A stretch of DNA of 63,970 nucleotides, counting the filler, from Dimargaris cristalligena (Eukaryota), in NCBI GenBank assembly GCA_003614675.1. It is 6 parts of 6 records of this genome, joined end to end, with 100 filler letters (N's around TTAATTAATTAA, not from the genome) between each part and the next. Parts side by side here need not be neighbours in the genome. Positions count along the whole stretch, not along the records: positions 32,932 to 43,793 come from ML003143.1; positions 43,894 to 54,761 come from ML003144.1; 4 more parts are not named here. One strand, written 5' to 3'. The notes beneath the pieces were generated by a model. The model did not search any database and had not been told where the DNA came from. It worked only from the letters and a program-made list of their open reading frames with translations. Both the position numbers and the translations under genes were made by a program. Positions 34,821-46,820 of this stretch are shown in pieces. Every line of letters begins with the position of its first letter. The stretch's first letter is position 1.

Positions 34821-36375
34821 TTATTCCAAATAGGCAAACTCGAGTCCCGGATAGTGGGTTTCCAGGAATTCAGGATCGACCGGAATCCCCAGTTGCTGAG
34901 GTTTAACTTCAATGTGGTTGATATGGAACAAGGCCGTCGAACAGTGTTCCCGGATATCGGAGTGGATAAACGCCGAATAGCCCCGGGTAGTAGCGACGGC
35001 TTGGGTCCATTCGCGCAGATGCCGGGCGGCCCGACTGAATCCGTAGTACTGGGCACATTCCTCCAACCGCCACTGCACGTGGTCCTTCCCATCGGTGAGG
35101 GGCTGGAGCCAGAACTGGGCTAATTGTTTGAAAAGCTCTGAGTTGGCAAGGTCGTCACTGTCACTGTCGCTGTCGCTGGCGTGGTCCCACGTTACATCAT
35201 TGGCGTTAGTCGATTGGGGAGCCATTTCGATGGCCAGCAGATAGGCTAACCAACGGTATTCACCGAGATTCGGATCATCAACACTGATGCGGTCCAGGAA
35301 CGTGGCCAAACCGGGACTAAGGGAGTCATCCGCCACAGCCCCTGCCACTAAATGGGTTAGCCACAGATTGAGTATATGTTTCTCTTCGGATTGGGAGCCG
35401 GAGCCCACCGCCGGGTGATGGTCGGACAAGGAAAGGTGGCCGCTATGGGCAGAGGTACTACTGCGGGAACTAGTCGGAGTAGTCGTCCTGGCGGGCGGGT
35501 ACAAGGAACTGAGGGGTTCGGTCAACAGTCGCACCACCTGGTCGTAGAACAGTGCGGTATGGGCAGCGCTGAGGAGCAAAATTTGACTATTGTGGCCTTG
35601 CACATAGTCCCAAATGTGCATCAATTGGTCCACCATTGCCGGAACACCGCTGTAAGGGCGCAGTAGCATAGAGCAGGGGAATAGTTCGGCCACTGTTGAA
35701 AAGGTCAGCCGCTGCCAATCCACGAACCGCAGGCGATCCATCCACTTTTGGGCCTGGGGGCGAACGTCGGACAGATACCAGTCGAGATCGATTTGGGGAT
35801 CGGACAAAGGGGTGTGACTTAACTGACGGTTGAACAGTTGGATGCGGGCTTGGGTCTTTAGGGCTAGATAGATGCTGGCGTCGGTTTGGAACGACATGGC
35901 CAACGGAAGGAGAGTATGCCATTGGTCGGCGGTCAGCAAGCCGCTGGATTCGGGCCACTTTTTGAAAAGGAATAATTCAGGAGTGAGAGCAGGGGGTATT
36001 CCATAGGTGTATTGTTATTGGATATTAGCGTTTTGGGTCAACTATAAAAATAAAATCATTGGGTCAATCGGGCCAAAAAAACGCTTAGTTGGATACCATA
36101 AATTAGCTTTAAAAGGTGTATAGTTTTACCGTTTCCGTATGATCCCCCTCGGGCGACTTATTACTTCTCGTGGGATGCCCCCTATCAGACCCTTGGTGCA
36201 TGTCCGAGTGATCCGACAGTTCTATACGACTATGTCTGTTTGCTAGCGTCATTCTTGAGCGATTAGGCGAGGTAACAGCTGTCGTAGCCCTGACCTCAGT
36301 TCCAGCGACTCCCGGCTGAAGTGTCACCATGGACAGTAGTAAAACGGTGCTCCAGGTGTAGCGAAGTTGGACCAT
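34821..36375 (-). CDS. Two-exon orphan secreted protein (about 460-490 aa), possibly a pseudogene
   Basis: Exon 1 (36375-36130) has a signal peptide (MVQLRYTWSTVLLLSMVTLQPGVAG) and a phase-0 GTAAAA donor. The acceptor before 36041 is in frame with the 372-aa ORF but includes a TAA at 36017-36015; a downstream AAG acceptor near 35957 would skip it. Confidence 0.65.
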
Positions 36376-37239
36376 TTTATTGTAAAATGGTGGGTTGGGT
36401 CAAGGGGTAGACTAGGTGAAATGGTGCCTGGTTTTAGAATATATAGTTCTAAAATAAAAATTGGAATGAACGGGTAAGGTGTAAATAAAACCATCCGAAA
36501 GGCTGGTCTTATATACTATCAGGAAAAGTAAACACAGAGTGGCCAAGTTATTGGCAGTTGAGGGCGGGAGAGATGGAGCATGAAAACATGTGCTTTTCCA
36601 ACTCCTTTATTAACACCAAGTTTAGCCAAGGCACTGCGCTACTCGAGGCTGTATAACCCGATGGTACACTCGATAAACCGTTGGGGGCAATTCGGCGTAT
36701 ACTATTAGTAAGGGTAGGTGTGCTCACCGGAAAAACTCCACCGTGCTTCAAAAGGGTTAAACGACAATTGTGGGAAAGTGCGATATATAAACAGAAACAT
36801 ATATCTTATTATTATAGCTGCCTGTATCTCCCATCATCGGAGTCGCACCGTGGGTCAGTTGGAAGGCTCGCAGGTTCTGTTACAATTGGTGCTTCACCGG
36901 TTTACAGCCTACTATGATAGTATGGATGGTTGGAAGTTACACCAAGCCGCCGCACCATGGTCCAACCACTTGTAGTGAACCACTGGCACAGGTGGCCTGG
37001 ATGCGTTGAACGAGGCAGCTTATTACTTTGAACATTGACAACCCGAGCCTTCATCGGCTAATTAACAGAGCCGTGATGCCCTAACGACTTCCCCCCCTAC
37101 TTGTACTTCGTATTAAACATATAGGGCCGCTTGCTCATGTTGCCGGTTTTTATTAGGTAGGAAAATGTGTTCTTACGACCGAAGGCATAACGGCGGATGT
37201 TAATGCCCATTCGCGCCCCGAGATAGGGACCAAACCGCC

Positions 37240-40200
37240 TCAAGTGGCGGTTGACCTTTCTTGGATAGTGAGGAGCAGGCTGGCCGCGGCGGCCTGTACC
37301 TTCGTATGGGGGTGATCGTGCATGAAACCTAAAGAGCAGTGGGGTATTCCAGGGACATTCCCAATCAAAACATTCAGAAACCGACGGGAAAAAATATGCA
37401 AAAACAAAGTCATCGTTCGAGGATTAGCAAAAGTCCAGGGTGATGGAGTATATGAAACGATTGGACGTAAAGAACATTAATGGGCAAGAGCTACGACTAT
37501 TCCTTGTGCATGGGAAAGCCCCTGCTTATGCAGAGTGGAAGGTGTTCGCCTTCAACATAGACAGTGGCTGCCATTGGAGCTGTACCACCATGGCCTGGGT
37601 GATAATATAGGAATTGTTTAGAGTTGCTAGCTGATTCCCCATCGACCACGGGTTTGTGAATAGCATTCCTTTAAAGATACGCGCTCGGAAAGAAGGCCAT
37701 GGGGGTAATATATATACCCGTGTAACTGAGGTATGAACTCATCTATAGCCCTTCACTACGGCAATTTTTCTTTTAAAAAAGTTGGTATATGTATGACAGT
37801 ACTTACATAGCGCTATAACTTTCATAAGTTCCAGATCCGTGGGGGGAATAGCCGAAGAAAGAGTGGCTGGTGATACAATTTTAATTATAATGCCACACCC
37901 TACCAGCAAGGTGTCCAACACTTGATGGGAATGGGCGTCGTCTAGGTCCGCTCCGTCCCCGGGGCCCAATGGACCCGACAGAAGCCCAGTTGCTATACCC
38001 TGGGTCTTACCCGGGGTGGGCTTAGAGTTGCTATTTGCCTGGGCCTGAACCCGAAGGTTCCGTTGGGCCTGTAGCAGTAGGGGTCGGCAGAAATCCCAGT
38101 ACTCGCGGGCCATTTTGACTATATGTAGGGCGGCCCCGCCGGTGGCGTAAAACAGGGCATTGAGTGTCCGGATGAATTTCTCAAAGATGAGGGGGGAATC
38201 CTGGGCCACATTGAAATAGCTCGTTCGGCTGTAGACGCCGCCGAGTAGGGGGAAAAAGAAGGTGGGGCCGGCCAGGGCAAGATAGGGATTGCGCCGCGAA
38301 GTGGAGGACGCCGTAGGGTGGGCCTTGGCGAGTTCGAGTCGGCGGGAATAGCGTGTTACCCGGCCCGGGCCCAATCCCGGGGTAGCGGTGGTGGAGTTGG
38401 GTAATAAAGATGCCAAGGGGCGGCTGGGAACAATTTGAAGGGGGTTCGAGTTTGACGAGATGCGCTCTTCAGTCTGTTGCAGTTGGGTAATGGTCTGCTG
38501 CACTTTGAGTTTGTCCTGAGCATCAAATAAAATAAAAATAAGGAGAGGATGGATGTTGGGTTATTAATGTCGGTTTCAGAGAATACCTATTGGCTGGAGT
38601 CCCAAAGTTACATGAATAGGCCAAGCTTTAAATCCGCAATTACTTAGACTACATCACCAGCGAGTAAAGCTATATAATAATATCATACCTGGTCGTAATT
38701 AATGTCCGAAATCCGGCCAGATGTATGCGCTATCGCTGCCAGCATGGCGTTCCGTTGATCTAGATTATAATTGCGTTCAAAAAATTCGTTGATAACGATA
38801 GGAACGACTAGTTTGGGTAGTCGCAGCATTATTTCCACCAGCGCGTCATGTCGTTTCTGAGCGAAATTTTCCGTACGGTAGTGGTCCTGCATACCCAATA
38901 GTCGAAGGGTAAGGCTTGTGGACAGGTGCTCGAGATCCAATGGATCGGCCTGGGAAATACACCGCTGGGCGGTCTCAAGGCCCAGGCCGAAACGTCGGGG
39001 GTCGTCTGTAGCCTCTAGGTAGGACAGACAGTCCCGAATAAAGCTGAATGGGGAATGCATTAAGGGGTGGACGGCGGGAAAGCATAGCACAATTTAACGA
39101 ATATTAATGCCACGAAATCAATAAATATACCATTTGGGATCTCATGTTACTCCTCAGCCATCTAAAATAGCTCAGTAAAACACCGGCAGCTCAGCTCCAT
39201 AGAATCCGAACGGTGACAGTATAGCTAAACAATGCGTTCTTGGACAGTACCTAGGTGGTGGTAGATACTTGCTACTATCCTTCTTGGGATTCACGACTGT
39301 GGTGTGAGGAATCATACGCCGGGGGGCCATTTGGGGATACGGCTGCAGCCCGCTATCCAACGGTTCTCCAACGGTGGTAGAGGTGAGTTCACTCGAGACT
39401 AGTTTAGAGATAAATAATGTAATATGGATAGGTAGGTCGACGGGGATGGTGTGTACGGAGATCATTAATACAGGTGGATATACTATAGCCGGAAACCTCT
39501 AGAAGAAAAAAACCACTAAAAGTGCTATAATTGTGACAGTAGCTAGGATACAAAAAAAAAAGGGAGACTTACCAGAACGGCTGTCGTCCGCTTGATCAGA
39601 CTCCATCTGCAAGATCGACGGTTGGTCAGATGAACGAATGCCAGCGGCTTTAATCAAAGGTGGTACAGGAGACTCCAATTGAAACGTCGACAATTCCCTT
39701 AGCCTCCGAACCGTCGGATCCTGACCGTCCATGCCAAAATCCAATCGATTGGTAGCAGGGTCAATCTTCTTCGAGATACTTTCTGCGACAACCTAATGTA
39801 TAAGTATTCAAAAAGTCAGAGAGATACATGTTAGCATAGGGGATCCAATCGAGGTAATATGATGCATTAATAGCCATAGTTTTGGTGGAAACAAAATAAC
39901 TGGATGGGGTGATTTCAAAATAAACGTATTAGCAGCTGAAATACATTTATATATATGTAAACTTATAAAGTAAAATAAATATTGACATTTTACTAAGTGG
40001 TGAATAATAGTACCTACCAGACCTAGGTTCCGAAGATCCTCAACGGGATATTCAAGAAAACGCTGGATACCGTGCATCATGGCCGGGGTACGAGTAATTT
40101 TGGCCAGTCGCTCAGAAGAGGTATACGAAATGCTCAATAGAAATACCTCTATCGTGGCTAGATGAGGTAGACAAGAGATGCAATAAAAATAGTATATAAA

Positions 40201-42025
40201 AAATTAGGTCTAATACTCGATAATTGAATATTACAAGTCGGTTTGTATATACACTCCGGAAGGGATGGTGGTGCCCATCTAAATGAAGTAAATATATGGA
40301 CACTTACATTTTAGCGTTTCGGTCGGAGTGTCAGTCAAGAACGTCGGGTTTCCCCATCGATCCATTACGGCATTCAGTAGGGTATCACCACTTTGGTCAC
40401 GAATACCTATATCCAATGATTTTGGTTGGCCAATTATAAAAATGGTGAAGGTGTAAATAATAAATTAATAGATGGATGTTGGCACAAAACTTCATCAGGC
40501 CACGAGTAGTTAGAAGGCCTATAAAGTTGTTTGGACCTAAAAATATGAAAGGCACAGTAAGCTTACTTTCGTTAGGGGCCAATGTAAACACCAGTGAGAC
40601 CAGTACTTTAAGTAAATTTGTCTTCACGGGGCCTCGAAGAATAAATGAATGGATCAGGGCACTGCAAATCTCATCCCAGTCAATTAATCGAGATTGGTAC
40701 TTGTTATCAAACAACAAGGAGGGATTAGAGGCGTCGTCTTCAGTTAGTGGCCCACCGGGTTGGGTGGACAATGGTGCCAAAATCTGCTTCAATACCCACG
40801 CGCAACGGCTAACATTAGCTGGGCACCATTTCAAGTGAGTATGCCAAACATGATCCAATAAGGCCTGTAAAAAGCGCTCCATATGGATTAAATCCAATCG
40901 ACCTAAAAGATGGGCCAGAAATCGAACAAATGGCCCAGACTCGCTGGCTTCGTCTATACTCGTAAAGCAGGCAGCGGCCAATTCCCTGAACTGTTTGGTA
41001 CTGCCCAATTTCGCCATAAGCGCCTGGAGGGCAGATACTTGTCCCTCGTGGTCCGCCTTTGCACCCGGCCCTTGGTTGACTGAGCTGCTTAAACGGATAA
41101 TCCATTCAAATACCTGCCGGTTTAGATCCCGGTAGTATGGTGCCGCTTGCAGCCGTCGGTTAATCGCAGTTCGATCCATACAATTAGCCACCCGTAAGGG
41201 AATGCCGAATAGACACGTAATCGTCAGATTCCATTGCGAGACTATGGCCTGGTTTTGGCGTTCTGGAGAACATGGTTGGGCCGTAGTGACAGAAGGTACG
41301 GATGACGAAGCCCGGTATGAGCGTGGGTGGGTTAGCTCTGCCTGGGACAATAATTGCGTAGCTTCGAACAATGCATCTAAATAATTTGGGGTGAGATGAA
41401 GTAATAGAAGTTCGTGGATGGCTTCAAGTGTCGCGCTGTGGATAATTCGCGTGGGGTTAGTGGAGGGCGATGTCGATGTCGATACCGACACTGGCAAGGG
41501 GTCGTCCCCACCAAGAGTCAATGTAGGTGTGGCATGGTTGGCCGGGTCACCTGGGGGGCGGGCCGACAAGTGGGCCACGAGAGCCCGAATGGCCTGTAAG
41601 CGGGTTACCGCAACGTATGCTAGGCAGCTACCGTCCTCCAACCCGGGGACCAGGGACGTTGGTAAAGGGGACGTTTTACTCTCAGAGCCACCGTATAAGT
41701 TGATACCAAACCACGGCCGCCAAACCTGGGAGATCTCCGTAGGGGCTAACTGGGCTAACCAGCCTCGACGTGGTACTTGGTCCAAAATACACTGAAGAAA
41801 ACCAGTATAGTAGTAGAGGATAAAGTACATGCGGAAACGGAGGTCGATGTGAGCAAATGGACTACCCCCATCGTTGGTATTCTGAGGACCGGGGCGGAAA
41901 TAGGCTAAGGGCCCGCGCAGAGTAGTCAGTATGGTCCCCTTTGTGGCAGTGGGGTCTTGGAGAGCCGATTGAAACTGCCGGAGCTGGTCCCGGAAAACCG
42001 CCTGAGGCCTTAAACTACTATCCAT
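37240..42025 (-). CDS. TEL2: Tel2, TTT-complex PIKK co-chaperone / telomere length regulation protein (multi-exon)
   Basis: Tel2 motifs GIQRFLE...RNLGLV, LDFG, LQPYPQM, IRDCLSYL...KRHDALVEIM...EFFERNYNLDQRNAMLAAI, GRVTRYSRRL, AGPTFFFPLL. The last exon (inferred) is GFMHDHPHTKVQAAAASLL...TAT*. Confidence 0.88.
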
Positions 42026-43739
42026 GGAGGTCAATGCGAGAGAAAAGCTTTGGGAATGACTCGTTAGAAATGGGAATAAGAAGAAGAAATGTCAAGCAAG
42101 GTAAGGGAATCGAATGGGGACAAGGATACTGTCCAAACTTATAGCTTAGATCGCCCAATCATAGGCTAGGTAGTTTCGTTAAGGAGAATTCGGAATATAG
42201 ATGCCTAACTCTCCCCCACATTTCCACAATGTATAGAGTGGGTAGTGATTTCCAGGGACAGTCTCCAGGGAAAAATATACTGCGGGGACTAAACAATGCC
42301 TCTTGCTCCCATTCGCTATAACACAGTTAAAATCATACATTTGAAGTTGCGATCGATATTTATCCCAATTGGGAAACGGAATATGGTAGGAGTCCAGAAT
42401 AGTATAATGCGATATGAAGGACACATGAGAGGGAAATTGTAAGGAAAGGATACATAATCCTTGGAGGCAGACTAGATCATTGGAGTAACAGTAATGTATT
42501 TTGAGGCTTACAAGTCCTTCCCTAAAAATTATGGATTCCAATATCGTAGAAATATAAGTATGTATATATTGCCACATCACTGTGTCTTAATATCCAGGAC
42601 CTAACAATAAATGTATAATGTACTCTGTATAGTTCTATGGTCGACTGTTTTTCATGTATCCAAATGATGTATAAGATCACAAAGAAATCAGACAGTAATA
42701 GACAGTGCTCTAAAAAACTAGCGTGGATTTTTCAAGCCCCTATAGCCAAATAAATAAACTATAGAACTGGAAAGCGGCCGTTGGGAAGAGAGTAGAAGAA
42801 TGTAGAGGAAGCAACCTCGACCAAAATATGATAGTAGCAGGAGTAATTTAAATGCCAAATATTAGACGATACAATAAAAGTATCGGCTAATCAGAAATCT
42901 AAAAGGGACACTCTTGCACTGATTCCAAAGTGTAACAACTGCCGAGGCTTAATATCGGAAAAACTTACTACCTCTCCATTAGAAAAAATGAAAACGTCAC
43001 AATCTAGACGTACTACTAGAACTATGATAATATGCCCATGGCTGACTATCCCAACCCGATTTTAGCCATATCCTCCCCACACTGTGCGTCGCAGTTTAGT
43101 CAAAACAATTGCGAGCCCACGGAACCCTGCTATCGCTCTATATTCAGCTATTACCTATATTTAGCCTAGACACGCGACAGTGTACACCGCCCGCACGTTT
43201 AGCCAGCCCATCCATCTCTTGTGATTAGCAAGCGCCTGTATTGAATTGAAACAATGAAAATGCGATAGCCAATGACTTATCCATACGGAACATTTATCCA
43301 AGGCATGATGGGCAAACTTAGGGCAACCGGATTGCCTCTCAAGGATAGAACATTCCATTCGCTCAGTGTACGGCTTGTTTTTGAATACATTTGCCCGGAT
43401 TAAAGTTAATGCGATACATAGAGGAAACATTATCCTTGTTCCCACCGTTCCACCTACAACTGGCCCAATCAAGCCAAAGGATGTCCATTGCCAAGCTTTA
43501 CAGTCATCAAAATGGCAATCCGTATAGGTACAATCACAGCAGATTCCGTGTATTACCACTAGGCAAATGGAATTGATCCATTCGACAGTCCTAATATCCT
43601 ATGAAAAGGCGCATATCCATTCACGGCTGCTTATTCGAAAATACATGTTTCCCATACTCTCCAGGTATGGCCTATTTTCGGTGGCTTGTCATGTTACTCA
43701 ATTGATATATCATTAACCGGGCGGTCTGGATTGCTTCAA

Positions 43740-43793
43740 TATGGGAGTAGTTCAGCAAGGCTGTATAACGAAAAATCCATTTGATGAGGCAAA
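43740..43793 (+). mobile_element. MITE half-copy at the contig end
   Basis: tatgggagtagttcagcaaggctgtataacgaaaaatccatttgatgaggcaaa. Confidence 0.8.
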
Positions 43794-43893
43794 NNNNNNN
43801 NNNNNNNNNNNNNNNNNNNNNNNNNNNNNNNNNNNNNTTAATTAATTAANNNNNNNNNNNNNNNNNNNNNNNNNNNNNNNNNNNNNNNNNNNN
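43794..43893. other. Artificial contig-joining spacer
   Basis: N44-TTAATTAATTAA-N44. Confidence 0.97.
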
Positions 43894-44727
43894 AATCCTC
43901 GTCCGAAAACGAGTTCCTTTCCGCTTCCTGGACGGTAAAAGTGAATAACTCCACTTCCATGGATTGAGCACTCCGAGACCTATGAGTGGAACTCAAGGCT
44001 TCCACGTACATATATATATATACTGTTCACACGAGAACGTTGGAAGATCCGAAGACATCTTTTGTCTTCCAACTTCCATTATTTTTCTTTCCTTCTCCTT
44101 TTGGCTATTGTTTGAATTCGAAGACCCCGCCAGTTTTTCCCTTTGCAGTTTTATGGCGGTTAGTTTATCTGCGGATGATGTTCGAAAGTCTTAGTATGAG
44201 CTTACGTCCACATCTACACATTGCTATAAATATGTAGCACCAAGTCGGCCCTTAAAACGGCAAGTTACTTTTGAGATAAGTTATCTTGGAGATAAGTTTT
44301 TATTATTCAGAATAAATATCTACTTTTAACTTCACTCAGCGTTTTACCTCAGCAGTTATCGAAGATCTCAACCGGAGGTCAAGATTTCACTTTTTACTAG
44401 TTATCTTATATTGTTTTACCTTCGACCGTTCTGTTAAGCTCTGCCATCGTGGATCGTCCGAACTCCGACAACGGGAGCATAGGATCCATCAACCTGGAAT
44501 TAATTCCGCCGTACCCCAGTACCGGTTCCGAGCACAGCTCCGATCCCATCCGTATTGCCGAAGGACCGCTACCCGAATTCGGTATGTTCCACCTAGGTTC
44601 CTCGAGCCCTCCAAACCCGACGTCCGGTGACCCATCCAATCCCGAGCATAGCGCGGGGCTCAGCCCCAGCCTTAGTCCCGGGAGAGGGGTTCCTCAAATC
44701 ACCGACGCAACACAAAGCATCACATAG
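43894..44727 (+). mobile_element. Second copy of the retroelement-like leader plus gag-like ORF fragment
   Basis: Homologous to the reverse complement of 4950-5545. ORF 44449-44727 contains PPYPSTGSEHSSDPIRIAEG. Confidence 0.55.
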
Positions 44728-45593
44728 GTCGGGTGTGTTTAAGGGTGGGTACTAGAATGCCGAAACCCACAAACCGCCCATCCCAATTAATCTACAGCTG
44801 AATATACGTGCCTTTTCATCTTTTTCAGCTCTGTCAATAGGTCAAACAACTAGTCTTGCGGAATTATCGTATATAGGCAAGTGTTTAGGCCCAGCCTTTC
44901 ACAAGCGTCTAGACCCTGACTCATTATACGTTGCTCTCCTCATCTCCATACATGCTTCGGTGTATTGTTGGTATCCGGTGTTTTATTTTCTCAAGTCTAA
45001 AAAATGCCAATGTATCTTTGATTACGTCCTGATTTATAAGCCCGGGGCTAATTAGGTAATCCGACGGTTTCCATCAACATTAAGGGCCCCATGCACTAAA
45101 GTATATAGAGGTATCCCGATGAAAATACGGCCAGATTTTATTGACTGAAACTCATTGATGACGCCTAAAGAAGCGAGGTACATTATAATGTCCAAGGTAT
45201 GCTACTGCATCTCTCCTCCTTGTACCTCTGCTATTTAATTTGATTTGGTCGAGTATTTGATGAATCCCTGTATCGCCAGGGCCCCTCTAGCCTGATGGTG
45301 ACCCTGCTTGGCCACTGCGCCGCTATAATCAATCAAGTGTTCATTTACAAGAGATCCCAGATGCACACATCGAGGCTCAGTCTGGCGATTAAACGAGGGC
45401 TTCTCATTCTAGGGTAATTGATTTCCATCATAGTCATTGTGGATGAATGTAAAGTGCGCAGAAGGGAGACTGCACCTTCCACGAATGGATTTATCTTCTA
45501 GGACTGACATTTTGGCCGCCATTGGGCACACCACAACGTTGTTGGTAACAGATTTTTAAGAGATGTCCAACCGTCCTGGGCATCTCCATCGGC

Positions 45594-45599
45594 TATAAA
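45594..45599 (+). promoter_or_regulatory. TATA box of the NmrA-like gene
   Basis: TATAAA 180 bp upstream of the ATG at 45774, followed by a CT/CA-rich leader. Confidence 0.55.
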
Positions 45600-45773
45600 G
45601 GCCCAGCCAATTTCTCCCCCGGTGGTTTCCTCAGACCAATATCAACCACCACACTACCTATTCTATCTTGTACTACATCTATTGGCCCTTGTTCCACTCT
45701 CCGAACGCTTTTAACTAAGTCATCTCTAAATACATACATACACATCCCACCTCTACTCTCACCCATTAATACC

Positions 45774-46820
45774 ATGGTCTGCCACCGCTCCAGCAAAATC
45801 ACTCTCTGTGTCACCTCCTGTGACCAGTGGATCGGCTTCAGCTTCTGCTACGGGCTGTTGCATGGCAAGGCCCGCGACTGCATTGAGAAAATCTACTGTG
45901 GTGTGACCGACGAGAACCGCGAGTGGGCCAAGATGCTCCGCAAAGAAGACCGTGTACACCTGTTCAAGTACAGCGAGGACCACAAGCAGGATATCGGCAA
46001 GTACTTCAAGGAGGCCGACGCCGTGGTCCTGGTGCCTGTCCACCAGCACCTCTCCCAGTCCGGCGAACAGCATGTCCCCAAGCTGTGGAAGTGTTTCCTG
46101 GAGTGCGCCAAGGAAGCCAACGTTCGCTGCTTGACCATGCTGTCGGTGCTTAATCTCGATAAGGCCGAGGGTCGTGGCCTCAAAATGCTCTGCCACATGG
46201 AAAAGATGTTCAAGGAGTGCGTTGAGAGTGGCAGACCTGAGCAACTGCTGCTGCACCGCCGTCGGATTCATGCCATGGTCCTCCGGATGGCCCTGCCCAT
46301 GGAGCATTTGTACTTCTTCCAGGATAGTATCCAGGGTGAGAGCCAAATCCCCCTGCCGATTAAGGATCAGAAGTTTGCGCCCATGGCCATGTTTGACCTG
46401 GCCACTGGGTACATGTGTTTGGTGAGCAAGTACCTGAAGAAGCAGGGTGACCACCGTACTTCTGACATTCCTGATGTTGACAACCACCAGGACTGGATGT
46501 CGGAGGGCAAGACCCACGTAATTTGTGTCACAGGCCCTGAGAAGGTGACCGGTGAGTGCATTGCCAAGGAGGCTGGCGACGCCCTGGGTACCAAGTTTGA
46601 GTTCAAGCATATTTCCATGGGTGAGCTCGAGCACTACTTCAAGGAACACGGTCAGCTGCACGAGGAAGAGATTGAGTGTATGCTGGAGATTTTCGAGCAC
46701 ATTAACAAGGGACGCATGGATGAAGCAACCAAGGACCTCGAGAAGATGCTGGGTCACAAGCCCAGTACCATCAAACAGTTTTTCCAGCACAATGAGAAGG
46801 ATTTCAAGCCCCAGGAATAG
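45774..46820 (+). CDS. NmrA-like (atypical SDR, Rossmann-fold) protein, Cys/His-rich
   Basis: 348 aa. Degenerate glycine loop (LCVTSCDQWIG), ADAVVLVP, AKEANV, LPIKDQKFAPMAMFDLA, VTGPEKVTGECIA...ALG, and C-terminal TKDLEKMLGHKP...FF. Strong G/C-ending codon bias. Confidence 0.85.
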   Translation: MVCHRSSKITLCVTSCDQWIGFSFCYGLLHGKARDCIEKIYCGVTDENREWAKMLRKEDRVHLFKYSEDHKQDIGKYFKEADAVVLVPVHQHLSQSGEQHVPKLWKCFLECAKEANVRCLTMLSVLNLDKAEGRGLKMLCHMEKMFKECVESGRPEQLLLHRRRIHAMVLRMALPMEHLYFFQDSIQGESQIPLPIKDQKFAPMAMFDLATGYMCLVSKYLKKQGDHRTSDIPDVDNHQDWMSEGKTHVICVTGPEKVTGECIAKEAGDALGTKFEFKHISMGELEHYFKEHGQLHEEEIECMLEIFEHINKGRMDEATKDLEKMLGHKPSTIKQFFQHNEKDFKPQE

